Of a stretch of 64,000 bases of DNA, positions 32,597 through 45,216 are shown piece by piece; position 1 is the first letter of the stretch, and every line of letters begins with the position of its first letter. The stretch is from an uncultured Nitrososphaeraceae archaeon. Lineage in GTDB: Archaea > Thermoproteota > Nitrososphaeria > Nitrososphaerales > Nitrososphaeraceae. Location of the stretch: positions 1,051,272-1,115,271 of the forward strand of contig CAWBAU010000001.1 in NCBI GenBank assembly GCA_963786915.1, written 5' to 3'. The position numbers and the translations under genes were made by a program. The notes beneath the pieces are model-generated. The model made no database searches, had not been told where the DNA came from, and saw only the letters and a list, made by a program, of their open reading frames with translations.

Positions 32597-34465
32597 TTAG
32601 CCGTACTGGTAGACTATGCCTTTTTCTCCCCTTGGATGGCGCCACTCTGTTTCCTCGGCACAAGTGCCACACTCGATGCATGCTTCATGCTGGAGAGTCA
32701 CGTCACCTGCTTCCATACTGTAGCAGTTTGTAGGACAAAGTGTCACCATCTTTTTCATGAATTCTGACTTTGAATTGAGCACCTTTATGTGTGAGATCCT
32801 ATCATCATCATACTTTAGCCGTGCGATGCGCTGGGCTATGGTAGGTATTCTAGGTTCATACGTTGCCTGAACCTGTCTCCCGGTCTTTTCTGCAAGTTCT
32901 ACTGGCACCTGGACATAAGTGTCAACGGATTCGACTAGTGGTAACAGCTTGTCATAACCAAGGATGTTTGCGAAGCCTACAGCGAGCCCTCTTAGCGTGC
33001 CGCTTGACATTAGCCTGAACACCATGCCGTAGCGTTGTCCGATGATATCCTTTGGTACATCCTTTGCAGCATCAAGGAATATCTTGAGATAGTCCTTGTC
33101 AATCTCCTTCATATCTCGAGTGTATGGGCTCTCTTCTATTGACTGACTGTAGGATTCGCCCATGTACTGGGTAGAAAAGTTGTTTCTATCAATAGCTCTT
33201 GCGACTGCGTTTGCCGCCCTTACTGCATCGTCAATGCCGACGTTGAGTCCTTCTATTCTGGGTCCGATAAAGACTCCTCTTCCGGCCGCATCGCCTACAA
33301 ACAGGATATTCTTGTAGTATGGCTTTTTCATTGCGCAGCGTTTGCCATCAGGCACCAGCTTGGCACCATATTCAAGCTCAACATAATCAGTGACAAATTT
33401 TGTCTTGTATTTTGTGACAAGGTCATTCTGCACAGAATCAAGCCTCGCCTTGATTTCCTCTTCTGATTTGTACTTACCGCTTTCAACCAGCTTTTCCCTT
33501 ACAGCACGCGAGTAGTAGATATCACGAAGCTCATTCCATGTCTTTATCAATTTGCTTACTGCAAATCGTGTCCTAAGCTGCTCCTCCTTTGGCAGATCTT
33601 TGTCTATTTCCTCTTTGACTGCCATTTGATCTTTGATAAATTCTGCAATCAAAGGATTCTTTATCAGAGCATTTATCAGGGTGTAAGGTTCTGAGGGTCT
33701 CTCCATAAGAGAGTCGTAATGGTAGACTGCACCTACAGAAAGAGTATCCAGATTCGTATACAAAAATCCGCCCCCGATGTGGTTGAGCGTGACATCCCCG
33801 GCAAATAGATGAGCAGCCCCTTCATCGGGACCAATTCCAAACCGCTGTTCAATTATCTCTTCTGGCAGTTTGACTATGACCTTTACACCTTGGTACAGTT
33901 GCTCTGGCGTGAATTTTGCCCTAGCACCAGTGATTTCTGCAACTTCCGAGTTGACGCCGTCTGCGGCAATTACCGCCTTTGCTTCAAAGGGCTCTATCTC
34001 ATCAGTTTCAATTACTGTTTTATCATCCTGCCAGTTCAGCGAGCGAACGTGCACGCCTGACACTATGCCACCACCCTGCCGCTCTGCACTTTCGCTGGCC
34101 TGCTTTGCAAACCATCCATTCAGCTTATTGAGGAGAACAGAATAGCCAAAGTTTGCTTGATATTCATGTGCTGCAGTCAGGTTCATTGTGAACACCTTAT
34201 CGCGAGAGGTCGCATGCAGCATATACTGAGTTATCCTGCGCTCAACAGGGGCATCCTGCAGAAATTCTGGATAAACATCTTCAACGTTATACGTCTTGCC
34301 ATGTTTGGGCCTTTTGGAATACAGTATGCCACCGGAAATGTTCTTGCTGCCGGTCTTCTTGCCTGCCTCAATCAATATTGCTGGTTTGTTCAAGTTTGAC
34401 AGCTGTTTTAGCGCTGCAAGGCCAGCAGATCCGCCGCCAATTATTGCAACATCATAGTGCTCCAT
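32597..34465 (-). CDS. fixC: FixC-like ETF-dependent flavoprotein oxidoreductase fused to a FixX-like ferredoxin
   Basis: IIGGGSAG, KNISGG, AADGVNS, GGGFLYTN, VGDAAG; C-terminal CPTNCY..CIECGTC..HPRGEKG. Confidence 0.88.
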   Translation of the reverse strand: MEHYDVAIIGGGSAGLAALKQLSNLNKPAILIEAGKKTGSKNISGGILYSKRPKHGKTYNVEDVYPEFLQDAPVERRITQYMLHATSRDKVFTMNLTAAHEYQANFGYSVLLNKLNGWFAKQASESAERQGGGIVSGVHVRSLNWQDDKTVIETDEIEPFEAKAVIAADGVNSEVAEITGARAKFTPEQLYQGVKVIVKLPEEIIEQRFGIGPDEGAAHLFAGDVTLNHIGGGFLYTNLDTLSVGAVYHYDSLMERPSEPYTLINALIKNPLIAEFIKDQMAVKEEIDKDLPKEEQLRTRFAVSKLIKTWNELRDIYYSRAVREKLVESGKYKSEEEIKARLDSVQNDLVTKYKTKFVTDYVELEYGAKLVPDGKRCAMKKPYYKNILFVGDAAGRGVFIGPRIEGLNVGIDDAVRAANAVARAIDRNNFSTQYMGESYSQSIEESPYTRDMKEIDKDYLKIFLDAAKDVPKDIIGQRYGMVFRLMSSGTLRGLAVGFANILGYDKLLPLVESVDTYVQVPVELAEKTGRQVQATYEPRIPTIAQRIARLKYDDDRISHIKVLNSKSEFMKKMVTLCPTNCYSMEAGDVTLQHEACIECGTCAEETEWRHPRGEKGIVYQYG

Positions 34466-34466
34466 A

Positions 34467-35651
34467 TCATTTCTTTACCTCTATTGTAGGCCTCTGCTTT
34501 CTAAGTTCTTCAAGCAAGAGCGGTATCACATCCTCCATTCTTCCCCTGATAAACATGTCGCACTCGTCCTTTATCGGCGAGTTTTCATCTGGATTGATTG
34601 CCACTATAAACCCGGACTCTTTCATGCCTGCAATATGTTGCATGGCGCCGCTTATTCCCACTGCAATATAGACAAGAGGTGCCACCTTGCGGCCGCTCGT
34701 TCCTATGACTCTATCAGGTATCATGTAGGTCGAGTTTATTCCTTCGCTCACAGGAAAAGGCTTTTTAGATATTGGAAGCGAAATGCCAACTTCAGCTTCA
34801 ATCTCCTTTGCAAGCAGGGCTAACAGCTTGATGTTCTGCTCTGGCGAATCCTTGACTCCCTTTCCAAAACTTATTACAGCCTTATGGCTATCAAAGTCGA
34901 CTGCACTTTTCACTATTTTTCTATCAAGTATCCTTACCTGAAGGTCGCGCTCGTCAAATTCCGGGACATAGTCTACTATTAGGCCACGTCTTGATTTGTC
35001 GGGCTCAATTGGGACAAACACGCCGGGAATTATGCTGCATCCCTGCGGGTGGTATTCACGCTCAATAGATGGATTGCGGTTATCAAGGCAAAGAATAGTG
35101 GTCCAGAGGAAGCCGGAAAAGTCGGGCCTGTACATTTCAAGCGTTTTTTCATACTTTATAGCTTGTCCCTTTGTCTTATGTTCATGTTTTATTTCCAAGT
35201 CCTCGATAACAAGTTTGTTAATGTCCGACGCAAGTCCTGATTCAAGCTCTGCCAGAACTGTAGACGATAAGTGCCTCCCTATGCTGTCTGCGCCAAAAAA
35301 CATGTAGCGTGGCTTTACAAATTCAAGAGTACCAGAGAATTTTACCGCCATCTCTCTGCTCCTCGCTATCTGGCTTATCACCTTGGTGTCGATAAGGTTC
35401 CTTCTATACCTAAGTTGGGGGCTGTCTGCGTAGATCACTGCATCAGCGCCATAAAAAATAAGTTCTTCACATAGCTTGCGTACATTGTGTCCAAGGACGA
35501 CTGCGACCACTTTCTCGTCAGAGGAATATTTTTTATTAAAGCCATCCATGAGCCGCCTTGCCTCACCCAGCATCTCAAGGCTGACAGGCACTGGCACGCC
35601 GTCTTCATGTTCTATGACAACGTAGAGATGTTGGTACTTTGACATATTCAT
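34467..35651 (-). CDS. etfA: Electron transfer flavoprotein alpha subunit
   Basis: SLEMLGEARRL, IGTSG..V.P..YIAVGISGAMQHIAGM, AINPD. Confidence 0.92.
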   Translation of the reverse strand: MNMSKYQHLYVVIEHEDGVPVPVSLEMLGEARRLMDGFNKKYSSDEKVVAVVLGHNVRKLCEELIFYGADAVIYADSPQLRYRRNLIDTKVISQIARSREMAVKFSGTLEFVKPRYMFFGADSIGRHLSSTVLAELESGLASDINKLVIEDLEIKHEHKTKGQAIKYEKTLEMYRPDFSGFLWTTILCLDNRNPSIEREYHPQGCSIIPGVFVPIEPDKSRRGLIVDYVPEFDERDLQVRILDRKIVKSAVDFDSHKAVISFGKGVKDSPEQNIKLLALLAKEIEAEVGISLPISKKPFPVSEGINSTYMIPDRVIGTSGRKVAPLVYIAVGISGAMQHIAGMKESGFIVAINPDENSPIKDECDMFIRGRMEDVIPLLLEELRKQRPTIEVKK

Positions 35652-36554
35652 TTTATCACCATGCCTCCAAGCGCCTCATACATATTGGCTGCCACTCTTG
35701 CAAGCTGATCAGAGTTTGCACCATCGATAACTTCGGCTTTTCTGCTAGCCTTAGCCTTTGGTATGCGCTCTACTTTGTAGACAATCGTTGGTGAGCCGGG
35801 CAACCCAACTAATTTTGGATCGATACCCAACTGCTGCGTGTTTAAAACCTTCAGGAATTGCTTGTAGTTTTCTGCCCTGGATTTTGCTTCTTTCTGGTAT
35901 TTCTCAAACGCGAGCCGCTGTGACACAGTGTTAAATAATGCCTTGTATGAGGGGTCGATAGATATGAAAACCGGAAGGGGTGCTTCAACCTCTTCGATGA
36001 TATCATAAAATCCCTGAAGTGCGATCAGACGCTTTGCCCTCACAAATCTGCTCTGCAGATCAACATTATAATCTATGACATTGCCAAGGAAGGTGTAGCC
36101 CAGCTTCCAAGCAGTCTGGGGTCCTGTTTGGCCAGTCTCGCCGTCAGACGCCCTGTGACCGGAAAACACGATATCGACTTTACCATTGCCTTCCACCTTA
36201 GAGATGCCGGCCTTGAGCACTTCGGCGGTAGCAAGTGTATCGGCACCAGCAAAGATCCTATCGCTATACAAATGAAGTTCGTCTGCATCGCAGAGCAGTC
36301 TGCGCTTGCTGTAGTGCGCCCTCTGCAATAGGAGGACCCATTGTTCCAACTGAAACGCGGGCGCCATATTTGACCTTAGCATAAAATGCTGCGTTTGACG
36401 CTATAGCACTATGAGGTCCAAGGATACTCTTTGTTTCTGCTCGATTGAGTGTGCCGTCGGCATTGTAGCTTACATTTCCTTCGGAAAAATCAGGCTCTAA
36501 TTTCACAATAACTGCAACATTGAGGTCTTTTGTTTTTGTTGTCGTCGTCAACAC
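35648..36554 (-). CDS. etfB: Electron transfer flavoprotein beta subunit (frameshifted)
   Basis: GTLNR, TMGPP, DRIFAGADTLATA, DGETGQTGP, GLPGSPT. Confidence 0.9.
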
Positions 36555-36614
36555 CTATCACATCCTTTTTATCTCCATAAATTACTATCATTAAATTGTT
36601 TGTAAAGAAAGAAG

Positions 36615-37314
36615 TTATGCGGCGACCAGCTTTTGTGTCGATAATACCCTCAGCTTTTCGTAATCGGATCTCATACTTTGATAGAAGTGAGGCATTTTGG
36701 GCGGCAGCATAGTGTATGCAATGTAAAAGTCCTCTGCTTCCCGCATGTAGCGCCTTACCTTGTCATGTCCTGGAACGTGCCTGATAAATGACATGTTGTT
36801 AAGCCTGTCTGCCAGCTTGATTACCTTGACGTCGTATTCAGCTTCGCGAAGGATGTCACAGTATGCCAAAAAGCGCTGCAGCTGGCGCTCTATATCGTTT
36901 GCCCCGGGATAGTTTTCAAGGGGCTTGATTTTCAGTTCGCTTGCAATGTCCCCGATCCTGCTCCCAAACCGGTATGCAAGATATGCTTCAAATCCGTATG
37001 ACTTGGATTCATATAGATTCAAGATTCTCTCATCGTCTTCCATGACGTCATGTAGAATTGCGGTTGCAATTTCTACGCTTGTAATGTTGCGATTGACTGA
37101 GCGATAATGCCTTACGACATCCATAGTGACTGGCCACGTGTGGGTTTCAAGGAACGGCGAGGTGCCGTCTTCCCGGATTTGGTCAGAATGGACTTCTTCG
37201 GCGACATCAACTGCCCCCTCAATGTAATCGTCTAGTCGCACTTTACTCTCATCTTGTAGAAAATCCAAGAATTTACGCTTGTCTACTCGAGGAATGTCGA
37301 GACCGCTCGCCCAT
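36615..37314 (-). CDS. HD-domain hydrolase (RelA/SpoT HD, Mesh1-like)
   Basis: H..Q.R, AILHDVMED, IKLADRLNNM; 5' end recovered across a 1-nt indel (MASGLDIPRVDKRKFLD). Confidence 0.85.
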
Positions 37315-37406
37315 ACCCCTACATAACACTATAGTTGAACAAAAGTTCTTCGGTAGATGAATAGAATAAAAAATTTTTATAGCATTAGTTTTATTCAATG
37401 CTGATT

Positions 37407-37670
37407 CTATCCAGAATTATCGTTTGCGACAAAGATGTCTACCTGCTTCGATTCGTTACGAAAGGAATCGAATATGTATCCGTCGACATTTACTCTGCAG
37501 CGTCTTGGAAAGTGACGGTCTAGAATGTCGGCAGTGTAGCCTCCCTTTTCCCTACTGCGTCGGGGTTGTTCTGAAAAAAGCCTGCTTTAGTTCCTTTAAC
37601 TTCAAGTTCGTCAGCGCAGCCTTAATAGTACAGCGAGCAGTTTGTCTATCGGATGCGCAGATCCTGCCAT
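37407..37670 (-). pseudogene. Truncated DUF6602-like / PD-(D/E)xK nuclease-like fragment
   Basis: Manual translation ..DILDRHFPRRCRVNVDGYIFDSFRNESKQVDIFVAND* resembles the LxxHLPxR...GxIxD.....SxQxDI motif. Confidence 0.45.
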
Positions 37671-37915
37671 AGCATAGATTAGGTTACTGAGTGTATCTTT
37701 AAGCTATTGCCAAAAAGGGGCGGCTCTTTATTCAAAGATCTGACGTCTCGCTACATAGGCGAATGTTAAACTGCTCTTGTGCAAGACGGAATTTGTCAGA
37801 AAAAATAGCAGGCTGACAGATATTACCAAATGCGCCAACAGAGCCGGAGCACACGGATAATGAGGTTGAGGCATTAGCCATATAAGCGCGTTAGGAAAAT
37901 AGGTGTTCTAGCACT

Positions 37916-39899
37916 TTGCTTACCAGCTCTACAGCCTTTACTCTGGCAAAAGATGCCTTTCCACCTAGCGGAGACCAACCTGAAGCAATAGAGCAGCTTG
38001 TCACAGGTGTGCGGAAGGGTGGACGTCAGACCCTACTCGGCGTGACTGGTAGTGGCAAGACGTTTACAATTGCAAATGTCATTGCAAGTGCAAACAAGAA
38101 TACACTTGTGATTTCTCATAACAAGACCCTTGCAGCGCAACTATATGCGGAATTCAAAGAATTCTTTCCAAAAAATAATGTCGGCTATTTCGTAAGCTTT
38201 TATGACTATTATCAGCCTGAAAGTTACATCCCTCAGACAGACACCTATATCGAAAAGGACACTGAGGTAAATGAAAAGATAGAGAAGATGAGGCTGGAAG
38301 CGACTGCTATGTTGATGTCTGGCGAGCCCACAATAATTGTGTCGACGGTATCATGCATATATTCCCTTGGCTCGCCAGGAGAATGGGAGAAAAGCGCAAT
38401 TTCAGTAACAAAAGGAATGACAATCGACCGCAAATTGCTAATCCACAATTTTATTGAAGCGCGCTATGAGCGAAATGATGTGTCGCTTGTGCCCGGCAAC
38501 CTTCGGGTCAAGGGTGACACGATTGATATCATCCCGGGATATTCTGATGACATTATCCGGATCTCGATGTTTGGTGACGAGATTGAGCACATAAGCATCC
38601 ATGACCATGTCACTATGAAAAAATTGCCGCGACGTAAATGCAGTCAAGATATTTCCAGCCAAACACTACATTACTGACGACAATTCACGCAACAGAGCTA
38701 TTGCATCAATCAAGCGCGAGCTGGAGAACTGGCTTCCAAACCTGCCATCAGAACTTGAAAGGCAGAGGCTTATACAGCGCACAAAATACGATCTGGAGAT
38801 GATAGAGGAGTTTGGCTATTGCTCGGGAATTGAGAATTATTCACGTCATTTGGACGGCAGGACGCCTGGACAGCCGCCTTACTGTCTGCTGGACTTTTTT
38901 GGTGACGACTTTTTGCTGGTAATTGACGAATCGCATGTTACATTACCGCAATTACATGGCATGTACAATGGCGACTATACGCGCAAAAAGATGTTAATTG
39001 ATTATGGTTTCCGTCTCCCAAGTGCGTACGACAACCGTCCGCTCAAGTTTGAAGAGTTTGAGAAGAAGTACCTCAAGAATGTGATCTTTGTATCGGCTAC
39101 ACCGAGTGCCTATGAATTAAAGAGTAGCTTGCAGGTCATCGAGCAGTTGGTTCGCCCTACCGGGCTTGTAGACCCCAAGGTCGAGATCCGCTACACTAAG
39201 AACCAGATGGAAGATTTGATAAAAGAGATAAAGAACAGGGCAAATAAGAACCAGCGGACGCTTATCACGACGATGACAAAGAGGATGGCAGAAGACTTAG
39301 CAGAATTTCTTGCGAAAAACAACGTGCGTGTGCGTTACCTCCATTCTGAGATTGAGGGTCTTGAGCGCACGGAACTCATAAGGCAGCTGCGTCTTGGCGA
39401 GTTTGATTCCCTAGTAGGCATCAACCTGCTAAGAGAAGGCCTTGACATCCCCGAAGTTTCCCTTGTTGCAATACTTGATGCAGACAAGGAGGGATTCTTG
39501 CGCAACACAACCAGCCTCATTCAAACAATTGGTCGAGCAGCAAGAAACCTTGATGGCACTGTCATAATGTATTCAGATCATATTACCCAGTCGATGAGGC
39601 AAGCTCTCGAAGAAACCGAACGCAGGCGCAAAAAGCAATTGGAATACAACAAGAGAAACAAGATAACTCCTAAGACAATAGTTAAGGCAATACCGGAAAG
39701 TGTTAAGGAAATTGCCGATGTTGAAGTAGAGACAAAGTCCATGGCAAAAGAGGACCTGTTCAAACTCGCGGTAGAGACAGAGGCTACCATGAAGAGGTTT
39801 GCTGAAGAGTTAGAGTTTGAAAAGGCAATAATGTTTCGCGAAAAGCTGGATAAGATAAGAAAGGCTCTTGGCGAGCCGGCGTTCTCAAGGGTGTCATAA
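37916..39899 (+). CDS. uvrB: Excinuclease ABC subunit B (frameshift near 38630)
   Basis: [48 protein letters not shown]. Confidence 0.96.
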
Positions 39900-42778
39900 T
39901 GCACAACAAGATAATAATCAAGGGAGCAAGACAGCATAATCTCAAGAATATCAATGTCGAAATACCAAAGAACAAGCTGGTAGTCATCACAGGCCTGTCT
40001 GGCTCTGGGAAATCGACGCTTGCATTTGATACAATATATGCAGAAGGTCAGAGGCGTTATGTGGAATCACTATCAGCTTATGCAAGACAATTTTTGGAAT
40101 TGATGGATAAACCCGACGTTGATTCGATTGATGGTTTGTCGCCAGCGATATCTATACAGCAAAAGACGACAAGCAAGAACCCACGCTCGACTGTTGGCAC
40201 GGTAACAGAAATTTACGATTATCTCCGTCTGCTGTTTGCAAGGATAGGCGTACCTCATTGTCCCAAGTGTGGCAGCAAAATAGCCAGCCAATCAGTTGAC
40301 TCGATCACTGAAACTATAATGAAAACGGCGGGAGGTAAGAATGTTATAATTTTGGGCCCAATCATACAATCCAAGAAAGGAACATATGAAAAATTATTCG
40401 ATCAGCTCAAGCAAGATGGCTTCTCTCGCATCAGACTGGATGGAGAGATAACAAGGCTCGATGAGGAGGAAGTGGAAGAGGAAGAAAGAGAAAAACCCCA
40501 TTATCCAAGGCTCGACAGGCAGAAAAAGCACACCATTGAAGTGATCGTAGACAGACTCAAGCCCTCACCACAAGAAAAGAGCAGACTCTTTGACTCGATA
40601 CAATCTGCGCTGAAGGTAGGCGAAGGAGTTGTTGTTGTTTCAGTTGACAACAAGGACACGATGTATTCACAGAGAAATGCCTGTCCTCACTGCGGTATTT
40701 CGCTTGGAGACTTGGAGCCCCGAACCTTTTCATTCAACTCGCCATTTGGAGCATGCAGGGAATGCAATGGACTTGGCATCAAAATTGAATTTGATCCAGA
40801 TTTGATAATACCAGACAAGTCAAAGAGCATAGTAGAAGGCGCAATAAAGCCGTGGACTGGACACTTTGCAACTTTTAGGTCTGCGATGCTCCGCGACGTA
40901 GGCAGAAAGTTTGGTTTTGACCTTGCGACTCCAATACTCAAGATGAATGCAGAACAAGTTAAGATAATACTGTATGGCAGCGATGAGAGAATCCACTACA
41001 AGTACCAATCGCGCTATTCTGACAGCCGTTGGGAATATCAGGGGTCATTTGAAGGCGTCATACCAAACCTTGAGCGCATTTATCGCGAAACCGAATCAGA
41101 GTCAAAGCGCGAAGACCTAATGCAATTCATGCGGGAGCGCCCTTGCGAATTGTGCAATGGTAGACGCCTGCGGGACGAAGCCTTGGCAGTCAGGATACAG
41201 AACAAGTCGATAATGGATGTGTGTGACATGTCAATAGATGAGTGCTATCGCTTCTTCCAAGCGCTAGAGCTTACAGAAACTGAGCGCTACATCGCGAGGA
41301 CTATACTAAAGGAAATCATGTCAAGGCTTGAATTTCTACTAAATGTGGGGCTCAACTATCTGACACTCAATAGAATGACTGCCACGCTTTCAGGTGGAGA
41401 GTCGCAAAGAATTAGGCTCGCGACCCAGATTGGGTCAAACCTGACAGGTGTCCTGTACGTACTAGACGAGCCAACGATCGGCCTGCACCAGCGCGACAAC
41501 ATGCGGCTAATAGAAACTCTCAAAAAACTTCGCGACCTTGACAACACGCTCATTGTTGTAGAACATGATGAGGAAGTTATACGAAGCGCTGACTGGATAA
41601 TAGATATAGGCCAAGGCGCCGGTAGCCACGGAGGAGCTATTGTTGCAAGCGGCCCCCCTGAAGACATTGTAAATAACTCTAATTCTATTACAGGAGCTTT
41701 TCTCAGAGGCGATCAACTGGTTGCACACCGGCATGAACGGCGAAAGCCAAGCAAGTGGCTGACTGTTCATAATGCATGTGAAAACAACCTAAAGTCTATT
41801 GATGTCCAGTTTCCTCTTGGCTGCATGACAGCTGTCACTGGCGTTTCAGGCTCAGGCAAGTCGACACTCATAAACGATATATTGTTCAGGGCACTTGCCG
41901 CACACTTTTACGGTGCAAAGGAAAGAGCCGGTAGGCATGATAGGATATCTGGCCTTGAGCACATAGACAAGGTGATAGGCATCGATCAGTCTCCAATTGG
42001 CAGAACCCCAAGATCAAATGCTGCAACTTATGTCAATGCCTTTACGCCGATACGTGAGCTATTTGCCAAGACATCTCAGGCAAGAGAGATGGGATACAAA
42101 GCTGGCAGGTTCTCATTCAATGTCTCAGAGGGGAGATGCGACTCATGTGAAGGGGGCGGCGCAAAAAAGATAGAGATGCAATTCTTGCCCGATATCTACG
42201 TCACATGTGACGAGTGCAAGGGTAGGCGCTATAATTCGGAAACACTTGCAATTAAGTACAAGGGTAAAACCATTTCAGACGTGCTTGACATGACTGTCGA
42301 AGAAGCACTAAAATTCTTCTACGCGATACCGACTATTACCAAAAAACTTCAGACTCTAAGCGATGTGGGTCTTGGCTACCTGAGGCTGGGGCAGCCTGCA
42401 ACCACACTCTCAGGAGGTGAAGCTCAGAGGATCAAGCTCGCTGCAGAGCTGTCAAGGCGCGACACTGGCAAGACGGTCTACATTTTAGACGAGCCGACTA
42501 CTGGCCTCCACTTTGCAGACGTAAGCAAGCTGCTAAACGTGCTAAAAAGGCTGGTTGACCTGGGCAACACAGTCATAATCATTGAGCACAACCTTGATGT
42601 CATTACCTCAGCAGACTGGATAATAGACCTTGGACCGGAGGGCGGCGCAGCAGGTGGGCGAATTGTTGTAGCAGGTACGCCAGAGGATGTAAGCGAAAAC
42701 ATGAACAGTTATACCGGCAACTATCTGAAGCCAAAGCTGTCAGTTGACCATATGATATTGCAGAGGGCAAATCAATGA
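39899..42778 (+). CDS. uvrA: Excinuclease ABC subunit A
   Basis: GARQHNLKN, two Walker A motifs GxSGSGKS, zinc fingers, LSGGE signatures. Confidence 0.98.
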   Translation: MHNKIIIKGARQHNLKNINVEIPKNKLVVITGLSGSGKSTLAFDTIYAEGQRRYVESLSAYARQFLELMDKPDVDSIDGLSPAISIQQKTTSKNPRSTVGTVTEIYDYLRLLFARIGVPHCPKCGSKIASQSVDSITETIMKTAGGKNVIILGPIIQSKKGTYEKLFDQLKQDGFSRIRLDGEITRLDEEEVEEEEREKPHYPRLDRQKKHTIEVIVDRLKPSPQEKSRLFDSIQSALKVGEGVVVVSVDNKDTMYSQRNACPHCGISLGDLEPRTFSFNSPFGACRECNGLGIKIEFDPDLIIPDKSKSIVEGAIKPWTGHFATFRSAMLRDVGRKFGFDLATPILKMNAEQVKIILYGSDERIHYKYQSRYSDSRWEYQGSFEGVIPNLERIYRETESESKREDLMQFMRERPCELCNGRRLRDEALAVRIQNKSIMDVCDMSIDECYRFFQALELTETERYIARTILKEIMSRLEFLLNVGLNYLTLNRMTATLSGGESQRIRLATQIGSNLTGVLYVLDEPTIGLHQRDNMRLIETLKKLRDLDNTLIVVEHDEEVIRSADWIIDIGQGAGSHGGAIVASGPPEDIVNNSNSITGAFLRGDQLVAHRHERRKPSKWLTVHNACENNLKSIDVQFPLGCMTAVTGVSGSGKSTLINDILFRALAAHFYGAKERAGRHDRISGLEHIDKVIGIDQSPIGRTPRSNAATYVNAFTPIRELFAKTSQAREMGYKAGRFSFNVSEGRCDSCEGGGAKKIEMQFLPDIYVTCDECKGRRYNSETLAIKYKGKTISDVLDMTVEEALKFFYAIPTITKKLQTLSDVGLGYLRLGQPATTLSGGEAQRIKLAAELSRRDTGKTVYILDEPTTGLHFADVSKLLNVLKRLVDLGNTVIIIEHNLDVITSADWIIDLGPEGGAAGGRIVVAGTPEDVSENMNSYTGNYLKPKLSVDHMILQRANQ

Positions 42779-44394
42779 CTTTCACAACTACCATTCTAAA
42801 AGAAAAGCGCATTCCGGAAGAACCTGGGGTCTACCTAATGAAGGATAGTGAAGGTGGGATAATCTACATCGGCAAGGCCAAGAACCTGCGAAAACGTGTC
42901 ACCTCATATTTCAGTAGGCACGACCCCAAGATAGGATGGAAAACTAGCAGGCTAGTTGACAGGATAGCAGACATAGATTTTGTTGTTACGGACAATGAGA
43001 TTGAGGCATTCCTTCTTGAGTCAAATCTCATCAAGCGTTACAGGCCAGTCTTCAATATTGAGTTGAAGGATCAGCAACGCTATACTTATCTGAAAATAAC
43101 AGAGGAAGCATTTCCCCGTCTCCTTGTCGCCCGACGCAACAGGACAGGAGAATTTACCGGACCAAAAGGCAGAATCTATGGACCGTTTGTACGCGGCAGT
43201 TCTAAATACTTGACAGTTGGACTCTTGCGAAAATTATTCAAAATAAGAGTGTGCAATAGGCTTCCCAAGACCCCCTGTCTTCAGTACTTTATCAAAAATT
43301 GCGAAGCGCCATGTATAGCTAATGTAATGCGGGAGCAATATATGAGGAATATCTTGGCATTGCAAGACATACTTGAAGGTAAGAGCAGTATAGACAAGTT
43401 TTCTGACGAAATGCATTTGGAGATGAAGCGTGTATCAGAGCTAGGCGACTACGAAAGGGCAAAAGAGATCCGTGATACTCTGTACAGGCTCAACAATCTG
43501 CGCATTAAGCAAAAGATGGAAAAGGCTGTCAACCGCAACCATGACGAGGAGTACGTTAGTATTTTAAAGGATACCAAAAAGGGAGTGGCCCATGTGATGG
43601 CACTCCGCAGGACACGTGGTGTCATAAGCGATCGAAAAAAGTTCGAATTCGACCTTGTAGGGGATAACTCACTTTCCTCATTTCTCCTACAGTATTACTC
43701 TTCAGTCCCGGTAATCCCAAGGTTCGTCTATGTCAACGAAGACCTTGAGGACAGGCAGGTGTTAGAGATGTCACTTGAAAAAATAGCAGGGCACAAGGTG
43801 AGCATCTTTAATATCGAAAGGACGCTGACAAAGGATAAGAGGCAGCTTATGGACCTCATGCTGCGCAACCTTTCAATATACATTGAAAGGGGCTATGATC
43901 CAGCAGTAGTAGAGCTTAAAAACGCATTAAAGCTTACTTCCATGCCTGAAGTCATTGATTGCTTTGACGTGTCAAACCTTGGAATCTCAATTGCTGTTGG
44001 ATCATGCGTTCGATTTATCAACGGCAAGCCGAGCAAGAGCTACTATAGGAGATTCAACATCACAACAGTAACAGGGCAGAATGACTTTGCGATGATAGGC
44101 GAGCTTGTTCGCCGGCGCTATTCATCTACCAGCGAAAAGATTCCCGATCTTATATTGATAGATGGCGGGCGCGGCCAGCTTGGAGCCGCTATCATGTCAC
44201 TTCGAAGCTTGGGCATCTCAGATGTCGCTTGCATCAGTCTTGCTAAGGAAAATGAAGAGATCTATATGCCAGGCTCTAAAGACCCGGTCGCGCTACCGAA
44301 GAGTAATGTAGGTCTCAAAATACTGCAGCATGCTCGAGACGAAGCTCACAGATTCAGCCTTGCATATAATATCAAGCTGAGAAAGTTGCGCTAA
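42775..44394 (+). CDS. uvrC: Excinuclease ABC subunit C
   Basis: PGVYLM, YIGKAKNLRKRV, CFDVS, IDGGRGQL, RDEAHRF; lacks the C-terminal HhH domain. Confidence 0.96.
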   Translation: MTFTTTILKEKRIPEEPGVYLMKDSEGGIIYIGKAKNLRKRVTSYFSRHDPKIGWKTSRLVDRIADIDFVVTDNEIEAFLLESNLIKRYRPVFNIELKDQQRYTYLKITEEAFPRLLVARRNRTGEFTGPKGRIYGPFVRGSSKYLTVGLLRKLFKIRVCNRLPKTPCLQYFIKNCEAPCIANVMREQYMRNILALQDILEGKSSIDKFSDEMHLEMKRVSELGDYERAKEIRDTLYRLNNLRIKQKMEKAVNRNHDEEYVSILKDTKKGVAHVMALRRTRGVISDRKKFEFDLVGDNSLSSFLLQYYSSVPVIPRFVYVNEDLEDRQVLEMSLEKIAGHKVSIFNIERTLTKDKRQLMDLMLRNLSIYIERGYDPAVVELKNALKLTSMPEVIDCFDVSNLGISIAVGSCVRFINGKPSKSYYRRFNITTVTGQNDFAMIGELVRRRYSSTSEKIPDLILIDGGRGQLGAAIMSLRSLGISDVACISLAKENEEIYMPGSKDPVALPKSNVGLKILQHARDEAHRFSLAYNIKLRKLR

Positions 44395-44498
44395 CCATTT
44401 CCTTATAATGTACTGTAGTATCTCTGGGATAGCTTCACATTTATTGACATAAAGAAAAAGGAAGAATAGTTAATTTTTTTGTGTAGGTTTTTATTGTC

Positions 44499-44618
44499 TT
44501 AACTGACTGTCGTCAGCGGTCTCTCTTCTTTCTTTTCAAAAGTCTCTATGTCTTTCGCCTTGGCTTTTGCGCTGACTGTCTCCTTTTCTTTTATTTCTTC
44601 ATGCGTCCAGTCACACAT
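44499..44618 (-). CDS. Putative 39-aa charged small protein
   Basis: MCDWTHEEIKEKETVSAKAKAKDIETFEKKEERPLTTVS*; T-rich tracts downstream on the - strand. Confidence 0.45.
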   Translation of the reverse strand: MCDWTHEEIKEKETVSAKAKAKDIETFEKKEERPLTTVS

Positions 44619-45216
44619 AGTACTCGCATTACGCGCATTATGATAGATAAGAATAGCATGCTATAGGCAGTGGTTATTGGGAAAAATCTTCTATAAGTTA
44701 GGTTTAAATAATTTACTATATTTTGTTATATTGGTTCACTGAAAAGACCCCTTACATTTTACCACGCTAGATATTCTATTGTCTATTAGTTCAAGGTGAT
44801 ATGCCTCTGCATTTTATAGCAACTTCTATAAAAAATCTTCTGGATCTTTTTAAATTAATGTTTTATTTAGATAAATGATAAGAAAATTCCTTGCAATTTC
44901 ATTAGCACTTATAGCTAGGAGGCGTAAATCAAGGAGAAATACGACTCAAAAATGTCAAAGAAAAGCAAGCTAAAAATGCTAATTTTCAATTTTTCGTATA
45001 AGGGCTCAATTCCATCTGATTCATACCCAACTTTTTTTCGCTGCCTTTTTAAGGCAAATGTACGGATATATACCACTAAGTACTCTCTCAATTGCTTCTT
45101 GCGACATAAGATAGATCAATTACAATTTGTAACTAAAATCTTACGTGATCTCCCATCAAGTTATTACTAGTACTTCAGATAGAAAAATTTTTTAGGTTGA
45201 TATAACACATGACAAC

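Noticed and set aside
37916..39899. Programmed frameshifting or pseudogenisation of uvrB and other split genes
   Set aside because: Indels also hit essential ribosomal genes; sequencing error is more parsimonious.
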